Part shown: positions 43,474 through 52,839 of the stretch, one piece after another
Layout of the letters: each line of letters begins with the position of its first letter
How positions within the stretch are numbered: the stretch's first letter is position 1
Assembly: GCA_044361555.1 (NCBI GenBank)
Contig: JBIKIO010000001.1
Location: 8,393 to 72,392, forward strand
Source of the DNA: Opitutales bacterium
GTDB lineage: Bacteria > Verrucomicrobiota > Verrucomicrobiia > Opitutales > UBA953
Length of the DNA: 64,000 nucleotides
Direction of reading: 5' to 3'
The notes under the pieces: generated by a model
Seen by the model: only the letters and a program-made list of their open reading frames with translations
The model's database searches: none
What the model was told of the DNA's origin: nothing
Translations under genes and position numbers: made by a program

Positions 43474-44197
43474 CGCCCAGATCCCTCAGCAACTTCGTCT
43501 CCACGACCGGATCATGCCGGAGATGCTTGATGGTCCGGATGACTTCTTGGACATCGTAGTCGGTCCTCCGCAAAGTCACCTCGCGCGCTGACTGATCATA
43601 GGTAGCCCAGGAGGCCCGTTTGTCGTCCCCGCGAGGCAGACCCACGCTACCGACGTTGATGACCGTCTTGCGGCCCGCCTCGGGGCGATAGACCCCTGAC
43701 TTAGGACATGGTACGGGGTCTTCACTTCCCTCCGTCCAGATTTCCGGAACATGGGTATGTCCGACGAAGCATAGCGGAGCCTTCTGAGCGGCGAAGTGAG
43801 CCTTCAGCGCCCGAGGAGTCAGCAGGTAGTCGAAGACCGCATCGGGATTCAGGGAAGCATGAGCCAGCTCGATACCCTCAAACTGTCCGGTTGGGCGCCA
43901 CTTTGCGATCAGCTCGCGGTCCGCATGGTTCATTTTCTTACGGGTCCATTCGATCGCACCCCTGGCCGCATCATTGAACCATTGCTCGCCCAAGGCACCG
44001 ATCACGCCCGCTTCGTGATTCCCCTGCAGGCAGACCTCGGCCTTGGCGATCATCCGTAGGCAGTCATTCGGAAACGGCCCGTAGCCGATCACATCGCCCA
44101 GCACCAGCATCCGCTTCACGCCCAACGTCTCCATCTCCGCGAACACCGCCTCCAGCGCTGGACGGTTACCGTGGATGTCGGAAAGAATGGCGAACAC
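43469..44197 (-). CDS. Calcineurin-like metallophosphoesterase (YfcE/MPP type)
   Basis: FAILSDIHGN, LVLGDVIGYGP, LQGNHE, FVGHTHVP. GTG start at 44197. Confidence 0.85.
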   Translation of the reverse strand: MFAILSDIHGNRPALEAVFAEMETLGVKRMLVLGDVIGYGPFPNDCLRMIAKAEVCLQGNHEAGVIGALGEQWFNDAARGAIEWTRKKMNHADRELIAKWRPTGQFEGIELAHASLNPDAVFDYLLTPRALKAHFAAQKAPLCFVGHTHVPEIWTEGSEDPVPCPKSGVYRPEAGRKTVINVGSVGLPRGDDKRASWATYDQSAREVTLRRTDYDVQEVIRTIKHLRHDPVVETKLLRDLGA

Positions 44198-44277
44198 GGC
44201 GTGCAGGATGCATCCCTCCCGTGAGGCGACTCAATCTTAATTGGCTCAGCCAAGTTTGTAATTTTATTGTAAAAACA

Positions 44278-44889
44278 ATGAAGACCTTTGACGGATGGCC
44301 GACGATGGCCGAGCGTCGGCGAATGAGTTCGGACAATAACAACTGCGGCTGCATCATCATCCTGGCCGTCATCATCGGCGTCGGTAGCATCATCAGCAGC
44401 TGCAACGATAAGCATTCCTCGGCGCCCAAGGTCAGCCAACCCTCGACCGGCTATGTCGAGCCTGCTCCGAGCAGACAAGCCACCTCAAGGCCTACCGTAC
44501 CGACCGTGGCCGAACCATTCGGCCAGCTGCAGAGCGGCGGAGTCGTCGGGGCCAGCGCGGCCTTGAAAATGACCAACAACATGAGCAAGCCGGCTTACGT
44601 CAAAGTCTACGATTCGAACCGTAACCTCAGGGCGACCATCTACCTCCGGGCTAGCGAAAGCTACGAACTTGGGGTGCATCCGGACAGCTACCTGATCAAG
44701 TATGTCACCGGCCCGAGCTCCGAATGGAGAGGTACGACCCACTACTTCGGCTCCAGCTCGACCTTTCATGCGGACAAGGAAGCCACCTACATCGGTACGA
44801 ACCAGAGGCTGAGCGTCACGTTTTTCACCAGGGTGACCCGAGGTGGCTACAGCGGCAGCACCACTAAGATCGACGAGGAAGATTTCTAA
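44278..44889 (+). CDS. Hypothetical membrane-anchored or lipoprotein
   Basis: ATG at 44278 (the track start 44221 is a GTG). Hydrophobic segment CGCIIILAVIIGVGSIISSC ending in Cys, then a Ser/Thr/Pro linker and a beta-looking domain. The start is uncertain because there are two further in-frame ATGs. Confidence 0.55.
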   Translation: MKTFDGWPTMAERRRMSSDNNNCGCIIILAVIIGVGSIISSCNDKHSSAPKVSQPSTGYVEPAPSRQATSRPTVPTVAEPFGQLQSGGVVGASAALKMTNNMSKPAYVKVYDSNRNLRATIYLRASESYELGVHPDSYLIKYVTGPSSEWRGTTHYFGSSSTFHADKEATYIGTNQRLSVTFFTRVTRGGYSGSTTKIDEEDF

Positions 44890-44906
44890 AAAAACAGGGG
44901 TACTTT

Positions 44907-46310
44907 TCAGACGCCCTTAGAAGGATATTCATCCAACCAAGAATTGCCGCCGGCTTCGTCCGCGAAGACGCCTTCCAGCTGGGCCTCGAAGGCCGCATCC
45001 AGGATACGTTTGAAATCCTTACCAGGCTTCAAACCGCGGGCGACCAAGTGTCGGCCCTGCAGGATCGGCTTCGGCACGCCCTTATCCAGGTTCATGCCCT
45101 GCGCCTTGGCCAGCAGCCAGACGCCATGCTCGGTGGTGTCGCCGACGACCAGCGGCGGGCGGCCCTGACGGTCGGCTAGGTCTACGCGCAGCAGGCGATC
45201 GATACGCCCTACCCTCAGGGCCAGACGACGGACGGCATTGTCGCCCGACTGGGCGCGGAACAGCGCCGACGGCTTATCGTGATTGGCGACGTGCGGGACG
45301 ATCTCCTCGATCAGAGCCTGCTCGCGGGTCAGGCGACCCAGGAACTGACGGGCGATCGGGACGCCGGCCTCCTCGTGACCCAGCGCCCGCCAACGGCCTT
45401 CGGACATGACCGTGGTGACAGCCTTCCCCATGTCATGGCACAGGACGGCCAAGCCGACGACCAGGTCTTCGCGCGGATCGCCGATGTGCTTCTTCGCGAA
45501 AGCGTCGAGGCAATGCAGGGTGTGCGTCCAGACGCAGCCTTCCGGATGCCAGATCGGGTCCTGCGGGACGTCGACGATGGCGGCCAGTTCCGGGAAGTAC
45601 TGCAGCCAGCCGCATTCCCGCAGGAAGTTCAGTCCCAGCGACGGCTTACGGCCCTTCAGGATCAGCTTCGTCCATTCCTCGTACAGGCGCTCGGCCGGCA
45701 GGTCCTTCGGATGCAACGTCGCGCAAAGGGCGACCGTCTCCGGGGCAACCGTGAACTCGAAACGGGCGGCGAACTGCATGGCGCGCAGGACACGCAGCGG
45801 ATCTTCGGCGAACTTTTCGGAGACATGGCGGATCACGCCGGCCTGCAAGTCGCGCTCGCCGTGGTAGAAATCCAGCAGCTCGCCGTTCTCATCATTCCAA
45901 CCGATGGCGTTGATCGTGAAGTCACGTCGCTCCGCGGCTTCCTTCGGGGTCAGCGTTGAATCGACGAAGACCTCGAAATCGCGATGCCCTGCCCCGATGC
46001 GATTCTCGCGACGCGGGACCGAAACATCGACCGGCAGATCTTTCAGCTTGATGACGCCGAAGGCGGCGCCGACCGAGATGATCTCGAATCGTACGGACAG
46101 CGCCGTCTGGATCTGGGCCACGCTCAGGCCGAAGACCTCGATATCGAAATCCTTGGAGCCGATGCCCAGGAGCGCGTCACGGACGCAGCCGCCCATGAAG
46201 AACGGACGGCCGCCGGCGGCACGCAGGAGCGCCAGGACCTCATTGACCGGAGACAGTTCGCCCTCGAACTTCAGCAGTCCGGGACGGAATTGAGAGGTGT
46301 GGGCGTTCAT
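44907..46310 (-). CDS. cca: CCA-adding tRNA nucleotidyltransferase with HD domain
   Basis: FFMGGCVRDALLGIGSKDFDIEV (nucleotidyltransferase head), RRDFTINAI, HD motif LAVLCHDMGK. Confidence 0.85.
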   Translation of the reverse strand: MNAHTSQFRPGLLKFEGELSPVNEVLALLRAAGGRPFFMGGCVRDALLGIGSKDFDIEVFGLSVAQIQTALSVRFEIISVGAAFGVIKLKDLPVDVSVPRRENRIGAGHRDFEVFVDSTLTPKEAAERRDFTINAIGWNDENGELLDFYHGERDLQAGVIRHVSEKFAEDPLRVLRAMQFAARFEFTVAPETVALCATLHPKDLPAERLYEEWTKLILKGRKPSLGLNFLRECGWLQYFPELAAIVDVPQDPIWHPEGCVWTHTLHCLDAFAKKHIGDPREDLVVGLAVLCHDMGKAVTTVMSEGRWRALGHEEAGVPIARQFLGRLTREQALIEEIVPHVANHDKPSALFRAQSGDNAVRRLALRVGRIDRLLRVDLADRQGRPPLVVGDTTEHGVWLLAKAQGMNLDKGVPKPILQGRHLVARGLKPGKDFKRILDAAFEAQLEGVFADEAGGNSWLDEYPSKGV

Positions 46311-46479
46311 GGGATTTTGCCGTTAATCGGCCTTAATGGGTCATTTTCAGATAGAAACGCCGACGAGACCCCGATGTCAACATAATGTTAACACTTGTAA
46401 GTATCTATTTAACAGCGCTCTTCTTTTTAAGCCGCCCAACCCCTTGCTCCTGGGTCACCCAATACCCATACCTACGGAA

Positions 46480-48369
46480 ATGTCCGCTCCCGCTCTGTCC
46501 AAATCCCTCTTCAAGCTGGGGCTGACGTGTCCGATCAAGCTGAAGTACGCGCTGGCTCAGCCCGCGTTGCCGCGCCAGGCGGACGGGAACGATTATATGC
46601 AGCAGCTAGCGCGGGGCGGCTACATGTTCGAAAAGCTGGTGAAGGTCTATCACCCCGGAGAAGACATGTTCGTCGCGAAGGAGAGCCATACCGAGGCCTC
46701 CGCGAGGACGCTAGCCAAGATCAAGGCTGGCGATTGCACCCTGCACGAGGCGACCTTCGCGGTCGGCAGCCTGATGGCGCGTTGCGACATGGTCCGCGTG
46801 ACGGGCGGCACCCTCGACCTGATCGAGATCAAGTCTGCCTCCGTCGACGCAGAATCCAAGTTACAGGCCGACCCGAAGGAACTCCTGAAGAAGAGCTGGG
46901 AGCCTTACGTCGTCGACTTGGCCTACCAGGTGCACGTCGCCCGACAGGCCCTGCAGGCCGCCGGCATCAACAAGACCATCCGGGCCTGGTTCTATCTTCC
47001 CAACAAACTGGGAGTCGCCTCCCCGGAGGAGGTCCGCGGGCTCTTTACCCTCACCGAGAATGGCCCAGGAGGACGCCCGACGGTCGAGTACAAGGGCAAG
47101 GCCCGTCCAGGCGACGAAACGTCCCTGATCGCCATCCTGGAGGCCACGGAAGCCGTCTCCCAGGCCTACCCCGGCGAGGAATCCATCGCCGAGGCGACCG
47201 AGCGCATGACGGGGTATGTCGCCAGCGGCCACTGGCCGAATCCGGAGATCGGCATGAAGTGCAAGGCCTGCGAGTTCAACGTCCCGGGGCAGACTTCGGG
47301 CTACGACCTCTGCTGGGGCACCCAAGCCCGCGCCGAACACCACCTCTTCACGCTATGGCATCTGGGCAGCATGGAATACCGCCAGCCGGGAACCGTCCGT
47401 CGCATCGTCGAACTGACCGCGCCGCGGGCACCGCGCATCACTGACCTACAGGACGAGGACGTCGCCGGCGATGGCGAACTCCAGCGTGGCTGGAAACGTC
47501 AGATCATGGCCGTACGCACCGGACGTCCGTTCATCTCACCCGAAATCGTGCGGGATGCGGCGACCCTCCTGCGCTGCAAGCCGGAGAATTATCCGTTGTT
47601 CTTCCTGGATTACGAAGGCACGCGCTGCGCCCTGCCCTCTGCGCAGGGAAGTCGTCCATATGGGCAGGTCGCCTTCCAGTGGAGCTGCCACGTCATCGAT
47701 AACCCCGGCGCTTCGCCTCGGCATGTCGAATGGCTCGATACCGAGAACGACAACCCCAACCTAGGCTTCCTCGAATCCCTGCGCAAGCTGCTCGGCGAGC
47801 AAGGTACCATCTACCATTGGGCCGAGTACGAAGTCGTCGTCACCCAAGAACTCGCGAATGAGCTCCGCGGCGACGAATCCAAGGCCGACCTCGTCTCATG
47901 GGCGGATCGTAATTGGGGTACGAACGCCAAAGCCAAGAAGCTCGCCGTCAAGAGCGAGCGTTGCCTCGACCTGCTCGAGATCTCACGCGGGCATTTCTAC
48001 GACCAGGACATGAAGGGGAGCCATTCGATCAAGAAAGTCCTCCCCGTCGTCTGGAAGAACCCGGCTATCCAAAAACTCTTCCCAAAGTACGCCGTCGACC
48101 AGCACGGCCAGCCCGTGAAGAGCCCTTACGATGCCCTCCCCGCCCTCACCTTACAGGATCCTGCCCTCGGCAGCCTCGATCTCTCCCAGCTCGACGACCT
48201 CGACGTCGTCAAGAACGGGCCAGGCGCCATGCGGGCCTACGAGCACATCCGCTATGGCCTCGCCGCCGGCGACCAAGCTGCCCGCAAGTCCATGCGCCGC
48301 CAACTCATGCGCTATTGCGAACTGGATACCGCGGCCATGGTGATGGTGTGGAAGTATTGGTTAGGCTGA
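46480..48369 (+). CDS. DUF2779-like protein (Cas4/PD-(D/E)xK-type nuclease-like N-terminus with Cys cluster)
   Basis: The ATG at 46480 gives MSAPALSKSLFKLGLTCPIKLKY, which resembles the N-terminal signature I recall for DUF2779. Cys cluster KCKACEFNVPGQTSGYDLCWG. The family assignment is from memory only. Confidence 0.7.
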   Translation: MSAPALSKSLFKLGLTCPIKLKYALAQPALPRQADGNDYMQQLARGGYMFEKLVKVYHPGEDMFVAKESHTEASARTLAKIKAGDCTLHEATFAVGSLMARCDMVRVTGGTLDLIEIKSASVDAESKLQADPKELLKKSWEPYVVDLAYQVHVARQALQAAGINKTIRAWFYLPNKLGVASPEEVRGLFTLTENGPGGRPTVEYKGKARPGDETSLIAILEATEAVSQAYPGEESIAEATERMTGYVASGHWPNPEIGMKCKACEFNVPGQTSGYDLCWGTQARAEHHLFTLWHLGSMEYRQPGTVRRIVELTAPRAPRITDLQDEDVAGDGELQRGWKRQIMAVRTGRPFISPEIVRDAATLLRCKPENYPLFFLDYEGTRCALPSAQGSRPYGQVAFQWSCHVIDNPGASPRHVEWLDTENDNPNLGFLESLRKLLGEQGTIYHWAEYEVVVTQELANELRGDESKADLVSWADRNWGTNAKAKKLAVKSERCLDLLEISRGHFYDQDMKGSHSIKKVLPVVWKNPAIQKLFPKYAVDQHGQPVKSPYDALPALTLQDPALGSLDLSQLDDLDVVKNGPGAMRAYEHIRYGLAAGDQAARKSMRRQLMRYCELDTAAMVMVWKYWLG

Positions 48370-48626
48370 CTTGACGTCTCCGGACTTGACGACCGCCACG
48401 CGGACGCGGGCACCTCCACGGCCGGACCGGACCATAAGGCCAAGCATGGTGCTTAGCCCCCGTGATCGCTCGAAGCTGCGGGTTTGCTTCGCCTGTCCCG
48501 CCGCCGGCTGGCCTGACGGACGTCGCCACGGAGGGGGCACCCCCTGCCTATCCTTAAATAATACAAATAAAACGAAAGTTGGCTTGAATCCTTCATTCCC
48601 CCGAACTGGGATATCGCACCCCCAAG

Positions 48627-49391
48627 ATGAGGAACTATCTGATTATCGTCGCATTGCTGGTCGTCGCTGCGCTCGCCTTCCTGGCCGGCCTGAAATACGC
48701 CGCAGCCGACGGCCAAGGCGGCGAAGTCAGATCGATGGCCCTCATGTTCGTCGCGCTGGGAGGCTGCCTGCTCGGCTACCTTAAGTACGCGGAGATCGAA
48801 GACCAGAACACCGAGCTCATCAAGGCCGGAGGAAACCGTTCGTCCCCATTGCTCCTCACCGAAATCGGCGCGGTCAAAGATGAGCTGCTACGTCTCGGCA
48901 ACCGGGCCTCGGAACCCGCCGCAGACGCGGCGACGCCGCCTGCGTCTGGTGATTTCAACGGCGCCATCGCGGCCTTGGCCAAAGACCTCGGCCTCCGGGA
49001 GAAGGAAACCCAGCGCCTGCACGAGGTTCTCATCCGTCGCGATCATCGCAACGTATTGGCAAGGCTCGCGACCATACGTGAGACCGCCGAGTTCACCCGC
49101 AAGATCAACGCCGCCGGGAAGATCGCCGACAAGGAGGCCCTCAGCCAGGTGATCATGGAGATCGAAGCCGCCCTCGACGACCTCGGGCTCGAGATCATGC
49201 ACGTCTCCGCGGGTACGCGCATCGCCGACCTGCCCAACGGCAGCTTCTCGATCCTCAGCGCCACGCAGGCGGAAGCCGGCGAACAACCGGGCACCGTCAA
49301 AGAGGCGGTCACCGAAGCGGTCTTCGTGCGTGATGCGGATGGCAAGCAAGTCTTCATCGCGCCCGCCAAGCTCAGGGCTTACAAACTCTGA
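48627..49391 (+). CDS. Two-TM-anchored GrpE-like protein (copy 1)
   Basis: N-terminal helices LIIVALLVVAALAFLAGL and MALMFVALGGCLLGYL. A helical stalk. C-terminus ALDDLGLEIMHVSAGTRIADLPNGSFSILSATQAEAGEQPGTVKEAVTEAVFVRDADGKQVFIAPAKLRAYKL resembles the GrpE C-terminal dimerisation/beta domain. Confidence 0.7.
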   Translation: MRNYLIIVALLVVAALAFLAGLKYAAADGQGGEVRSMALMFVALGGCLLGYLKYAEIEDQNTELIKAGGNRSSPLLLTEIGAVKDELLRLGNRASEPAADAATPPASGDFNGAIAALAKDLGLREKETQRLHEVLIRRDHRNVLARLATIRETAEFTRKINAAGKIADKEALSQVIMEIEAALDDLGLEIMHVSAGTRIADLPNGSFSILSATQAEAGEQPGTVKEAVTEAVFVRDADGKQVFIAPAKLRAYKL

Positions 49392-49393
49392 AA

Positions 49394-50077
49394 ATGACCC
49401 GCTGGCTTGCCTCCCTCCTCTTCGGTGCGATCGGCCTGGGCTTGTCAGGCCTGCTCGGTTCCGAACTCGGCCTAAGCTCCGGAATCTGGATCTCCCTGGG
49501 ACTCGTGCTCTGGTGGGCCGCCGGACTATTCTTCAACGACACGAATCAGTTCGCCGAAGATGTCAGCGAGCCGGCGACCATCTCCCCGCGACAGGCTGAC
49601 CCCCGCCCTGCGGACCCGACGGTGCCGGACGACCAGTCGCTGCAAGCCGCCGTCATCGAACTGACCAAGCAGCTGCGCGGCAAGGAGGCCCTGATCGACA
49701 ACCTGCAGGTCAAACTCACCGAACGAGAGTTCCGCCGTAGCCTTTCCCGCCTCGCCAGCGTCAACGAGACCCTGTCCTTCACGCTCAAGCTCCTCCAAGA
49801 CGGCAACCTCACCCATGCGGCCGCCGTCGAACAGCTCCGCCAGGAAATCGAGTCCGCCGTTGGCGACCTCGGACTGGAGCATCACTCGATCCAGGTCGGC
49901 GCCGCCGTCTCCACGCTTCCGGCCGGCTCCTTCGTGATCCTCCGCTCCGAGACCGCGCCGACGCCGGAACTCGCCGGCACCGTCAAGGAAGTCGTCAATT
50001 CAGGCCTGTACGCCAAGGACGAAGCCGGCCGACCCCATTTCATCTCACCCTCCAAAATCAACGTCTACAAACTCTGA
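49394..50077 (+). CDS. Two-TM-anchored GrpE-like protein (copy 2)
   Basis: Paralog of 48627-49391. AVGDLGLEHHSIQVGAAVSTLPAGSFVILRSETAPTPELAGTVKEVVNSGLYAKDEAGRPHFISPSKINVYKL. The start lies 2 nt after the upstream stop. Confidence 0.7.
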   Translation: MTRWLASLLFGAIGLGLSGLLGSELGLSSGIWISLGLVLWWAAGLFFNDTNQFAEDVSEPATISPRQADPRPADPTVPDDQSLQAAVIELTKQLRGKEALIDNLQVKLTEREFRRSLSRLASVNETLSFTLKLLQDGNLTHAAAVEQLRQEIESAVGDLGLEHHSIQVGAAVSTLPAGSFVILRSETAPTPELAGTVKEVVNSGLYAKDEAGRPHFISPSKINVYKL

Positions 50078-50079
50078 CC

Positions 50080-51618
50080 ATGGCTAACATCATCGGCATC
50101 GACCTCGGCACCTCGACCACCCTGCTCGCCCACCTGAGCAATTCCGGCGAGGCCATCATCTACAAGAACAAGGACAACGAACTCCTCACCCATTCGGCCG
50201 TCTGGTTCGAAGGCGAACGCTCCGTCATCGTCGGGACCGAAGCCAAGAAGATGTTCGGCGTCGCCAAGGCAGACGAGATCTTCATCGAATTCAAGCGGGA
50301 CATGGGCGACGCCACCGTGGTCCATAAGATCCACGGCAAGGATTGGCATCCGCGCGATTTCAGCGCGCTCGTCCTCCGTCAGATCCGGGAGCATTTCGAA
50401 GCCAACAACGGTCCGGTCGATGCCGTGATCATCACGATCCCCGCCAACTTCTCCGACGAAGCCCGCGTCAACACGATCAACGCCGCCAAGGAAGCCGGCT
50501 TCAACCTAGGCAACGACGCGCTGGTCAACGAACCCACCGCGGCGGCGATCTACTACGCCAGCACCTCCCCCTCGAAACTCAAAGGCAAATACCTGATCTA
50601 CGATTTCGGCGGGGGCACGTTCGACGCCACCATCCTCGACGTCGATGGCGATGACATCAAGGTGCTCACCAGCATGGGCGTCCAGCGCCTCGGCGGCAAG
50701 GATCTCGATGAGAAGCTCATCGGGCTCATCGGCCAGAAATACACGAAGCTCATCGGTGGCGAATTCAAGGGCAAGGAGACGATGAGCGAGATCCAGCTCA
50801 CGCGCTGGGAGGTGGAGCAGGCCAAGCTGACCCTCTCCTCCCGCGAACGCGTGTCGGTCGCCATGAAGACGCAGGACCGCGGTATCGTCCGGGCCGAGAT
50901 CACGCGTAACGAATTCAACGAAGCCATCTCCACGCTGATCACCCAGGCCGAGCTGGCCGTCGACACGGCGCTCGACAACGCCAAGCTTGAGGCCAAGGAC
51001 CTGGCCGGCGTCTTCCTCGCCGGGGGCTCCACCCTCGTCCCCGCCGTCGCTCAAAGCGTGGAACGGCACCTGGGCATCAAACCCATCAGCCGCGACCCCG
51101 TCGGTTCCGTCGCGCTCGGCGCCTGCATGTACGCCGCGATCCGCAACAAAGCCAAACTCTCCGGAGCCCAGACGGTCGCCGTCGGCGCCAAGAAGGTGCA
51201 GGACGTCACCCCGCACTTCTTCGGCACGACCTACCGCGACCGGGCCTCCGGCAAGCTCATGGTCGACACTATCATCGCCAAGGACCGCCCGCTGCCGTGC
51301 ACCGAAAGCAAGAGCTTCTCCCGCGGCGTGAACCAAGGCGACAGCATCAAGATCCAGATCACCCAGTCTGGAAGCGAACAGAGCGACCCGGATTTCGTGG
51401 ACATCATCTGGACCGACCACCTCAAGGAGCTCCCCATCGTGACCGATGATACCGAGATCAAAGTCAGCTACACCTATGACACGAACGGCATCATGCAGTG
51501 CACGATCCTCGACATCCTTTCCGGGAAATCACTCAGCGTGACCCTAGATAAGAAAGCCTCGACCAGCGCCAAGAAGCCGGCTGGCGGCGTCAACATCAAG
51601 GATTACACCCTCGAGTAA
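50080..51618 (+). CDS. Non-canonical short Hsp70 (512 aa, no helical lid)
   Basis: IIGIDLGTSTT, ALVNEPTAAAIYYA, YLIYDFGGGTFDATIL, VFLAGGSTLVPAV. The protein ends shortly after a beta-rich substrate-binding-like region. Canonical DnaK is about 640 aa. The start context is TGACCATGG. Confidence 0.92.
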   Translation: MANIIGIDLGTSTTLLAHLSNSGEAIIYKNKDNELLTHSAVWFEGERSVIVGTEAKKMFGVAKADEIFIEFKRDMGDATVVHKIHGKDWHPRDFSALVLRQIREHFEANNGPVDAVIITIPANFSDEARVNTINAAKEAGFNLGNDALVNEPTAAAIYYASTSPSKLKGKYLIYDFGGGTFDATILDVDGDDIKVLTSMGVQRLGGKDLDEKLIGLIGQKYTKLIGGEFKGKETMSEIQLTRWEVEQAKLTLSSRERVSVAMKTQDRGIVRAEITRNEFNEAISTLITQAELAVDTALDNAKLEAKDLAGVFLAGGSTLVPAVAQSVERHLGIKPISRDPVGSVALGACMYAAIRNKAKLSGAQTVAVGAKKVQDVTPHFFGTTYRDRASGKLMVDTIIAKDRPLPCTESKSFSRGVNQGDSIKIQITQSGSEQSDPDFVDIIWTDHLKELPIVTDDTEIKVSYTYDTNGIMQCTILDILSGKSLSVTLDKKASTSAKKPAGGVNIKDYTLE

Positions 51619-51624
51619 GCCGCC

Positions 51625-52839
51625 ATGGAATTCGTCTGCGGCTTCTTCATCCTCATGGGCATCATCGGAGCAATCAAAGGCCTGTTCGCGGGCGACAGCT
51701 CCTCCGCCAGTTCCTCCGCCTCTACCCCCTCCTCCGGCGGCGGCTACGGCGGCGGACGAAGCGGGTCGAACATGGGTCGGTTCGAGATCCGGGCGGCACA
51801 GGTCATGCGAGGCACCAAGAAGGACCTGCGGGCGATCGCCATCGAAGGGCGGGGGCTGCTTCCGGTCAGCCGGAGGATGGAGATCCAGTTCGTGACCTGG
51901 GCGGAGGACATCACCGACGACTCCTCCGGCGAGCCGATCTTCTGCAGTCTTTCCAATTTTCAGCATCACGAACACCCGACCTATCAGAACGTCCAGGACG
52001 CCGGCGACCTTGCGCCGAACCAAGGCTTCACCGATTGGGTCGAACTCGGCGTGGCGCCCCTCGACGCGCTCACCTTCCCCCGGAGCGGCGCACGCAACAT
52101 CCGCTTCTACTGCTACATGGCCGAGAAGACTTCGCCCAGCCTGCGCAAGAGCCTGCTCGGAGACAGCTGCAACCTACGGCTGACCGTCGATGAGACCGGC
52201 TACAAGGAATGGAAGGAAAAGCGCGTGGAAGCCCTCACCCTCTCCCTCCGGCTGGGTATCGCCATGGCGCACGCCGACGGCGAATTCGCCCGCAGCGAAG
52301 CCGCCGCCATCAAGCACTGGCTCAAAGAACGCGTCGAGCTGCTGGATGACGCGGAGCAGGCCTCCGCCAAGGCCAAGCTCAACGCCGCGATGGCGGCCGC
52401 CGTGGCGGAAGCCGGCGCCCGCACCCTCAACGTGTCCTCCGCCACGGCCACCCTCCGCGCGTCCCCGGTCCGTAACGCGCCTTATGACGCCTTGGAGCTC
52501 TGCACCATCATCATGGCCGCCGACGGGGTCATCGACCCCGCGGAGATGCGCCTGCTGCGCGAGATTGGCGATAAGATGGGCATCCCGGCGCAACAGATCC
52601 AAGGTCTGACCGACAAGCACACGCCCGAGGCCACCACCGCGGGCGATGACGGCGAGCTGAGCGACGAGCTGCTCGTCGGGCTCGACCCGAAACTGCCTCC
52701 CGCCGAAGCCAAGCGTAAGCTGCGCGAGATCTTCGCCCGCTACAATAGCATGCTGACGACCGAGCGCGACGCCTTCAAGCGCCAGCGCTACCAGGACTGC
52801 ATCGACGCGGTCGCCCGCCTCCGCAAGAAATATGGATGA
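51625..52839 (+). CDS. TM-anchored TerB-domain protein with J-like C-terminal tail lacking HPD (DjlA-like layout)
   Basis: N-terminal helix FVCGFFILMGIIGAIKGLF. TerB-type pairs LGIAMAHADGEFARSEAAAIKHWL and IIMAADGVIDPAEMRLLREIGDKMGI. Tail LVGLDPKLPPAEAKRKLREIFARYNSMLTTERDAFKRQRYQDCIDAVARLRKKYG. Confidence 0.85.
   Translation: MEFVCGFFILMGIIGAIKGLFAGDSSSASSSASTPSSGGGYGGGRSGSNMGRFEIRAAQVMRGTKKDLRAIAIEGRGLLPVSRRMEIQFVTWAEDITDDSSGEPIFCSLSNFQHHEHPTYQNVQDAGDLAPNQGFTDWVELGVAPLDALTFPRSGARNIRFYCYMAEKTSPSLRKSLLGDSCNLRLTVDETGYKEWKEKRVEALTLSLRLGIAMAHADGEFARSEAAAIKHWLKERVELLDDAEQASAKAKLNAAMAAAVAEAGARTLNVSSATATLRASPVRNAPYDALELCTIIMAADGVIDPAEMRLLREIGDKMGIPAQQIQGLTDKHTPEATTAGDDGELSDELLVGLDPKLPPAEAKRKLREIFARYNSMLTTERDAFKRQRYQDCIDAVARLRKKYG

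Noticed and set aside
48371-48626. Intrinsic terminator or promoter in the DUF2779-to-GrpE-like gap: a GAGGGGGCACCCCCT hairpin and an AT-rich stretch around 48550-48590
   Set aside because: The hairpin has a very short loop and no following T-tract, and no convincing -35/-10 pair was found. The evidence is too weak to annotate.
48627-51618. Housekeeping grpE-dnaK operon
   Set aside because: The Hsp70 is about 130 aa shorter than DnaK and lacks the lid. Both GrpE-like proteins have two N-terminal TM helices. No HPD-containing DnaJ is present. This needs confirmation that a canonical set exists elsewhere in the genome.
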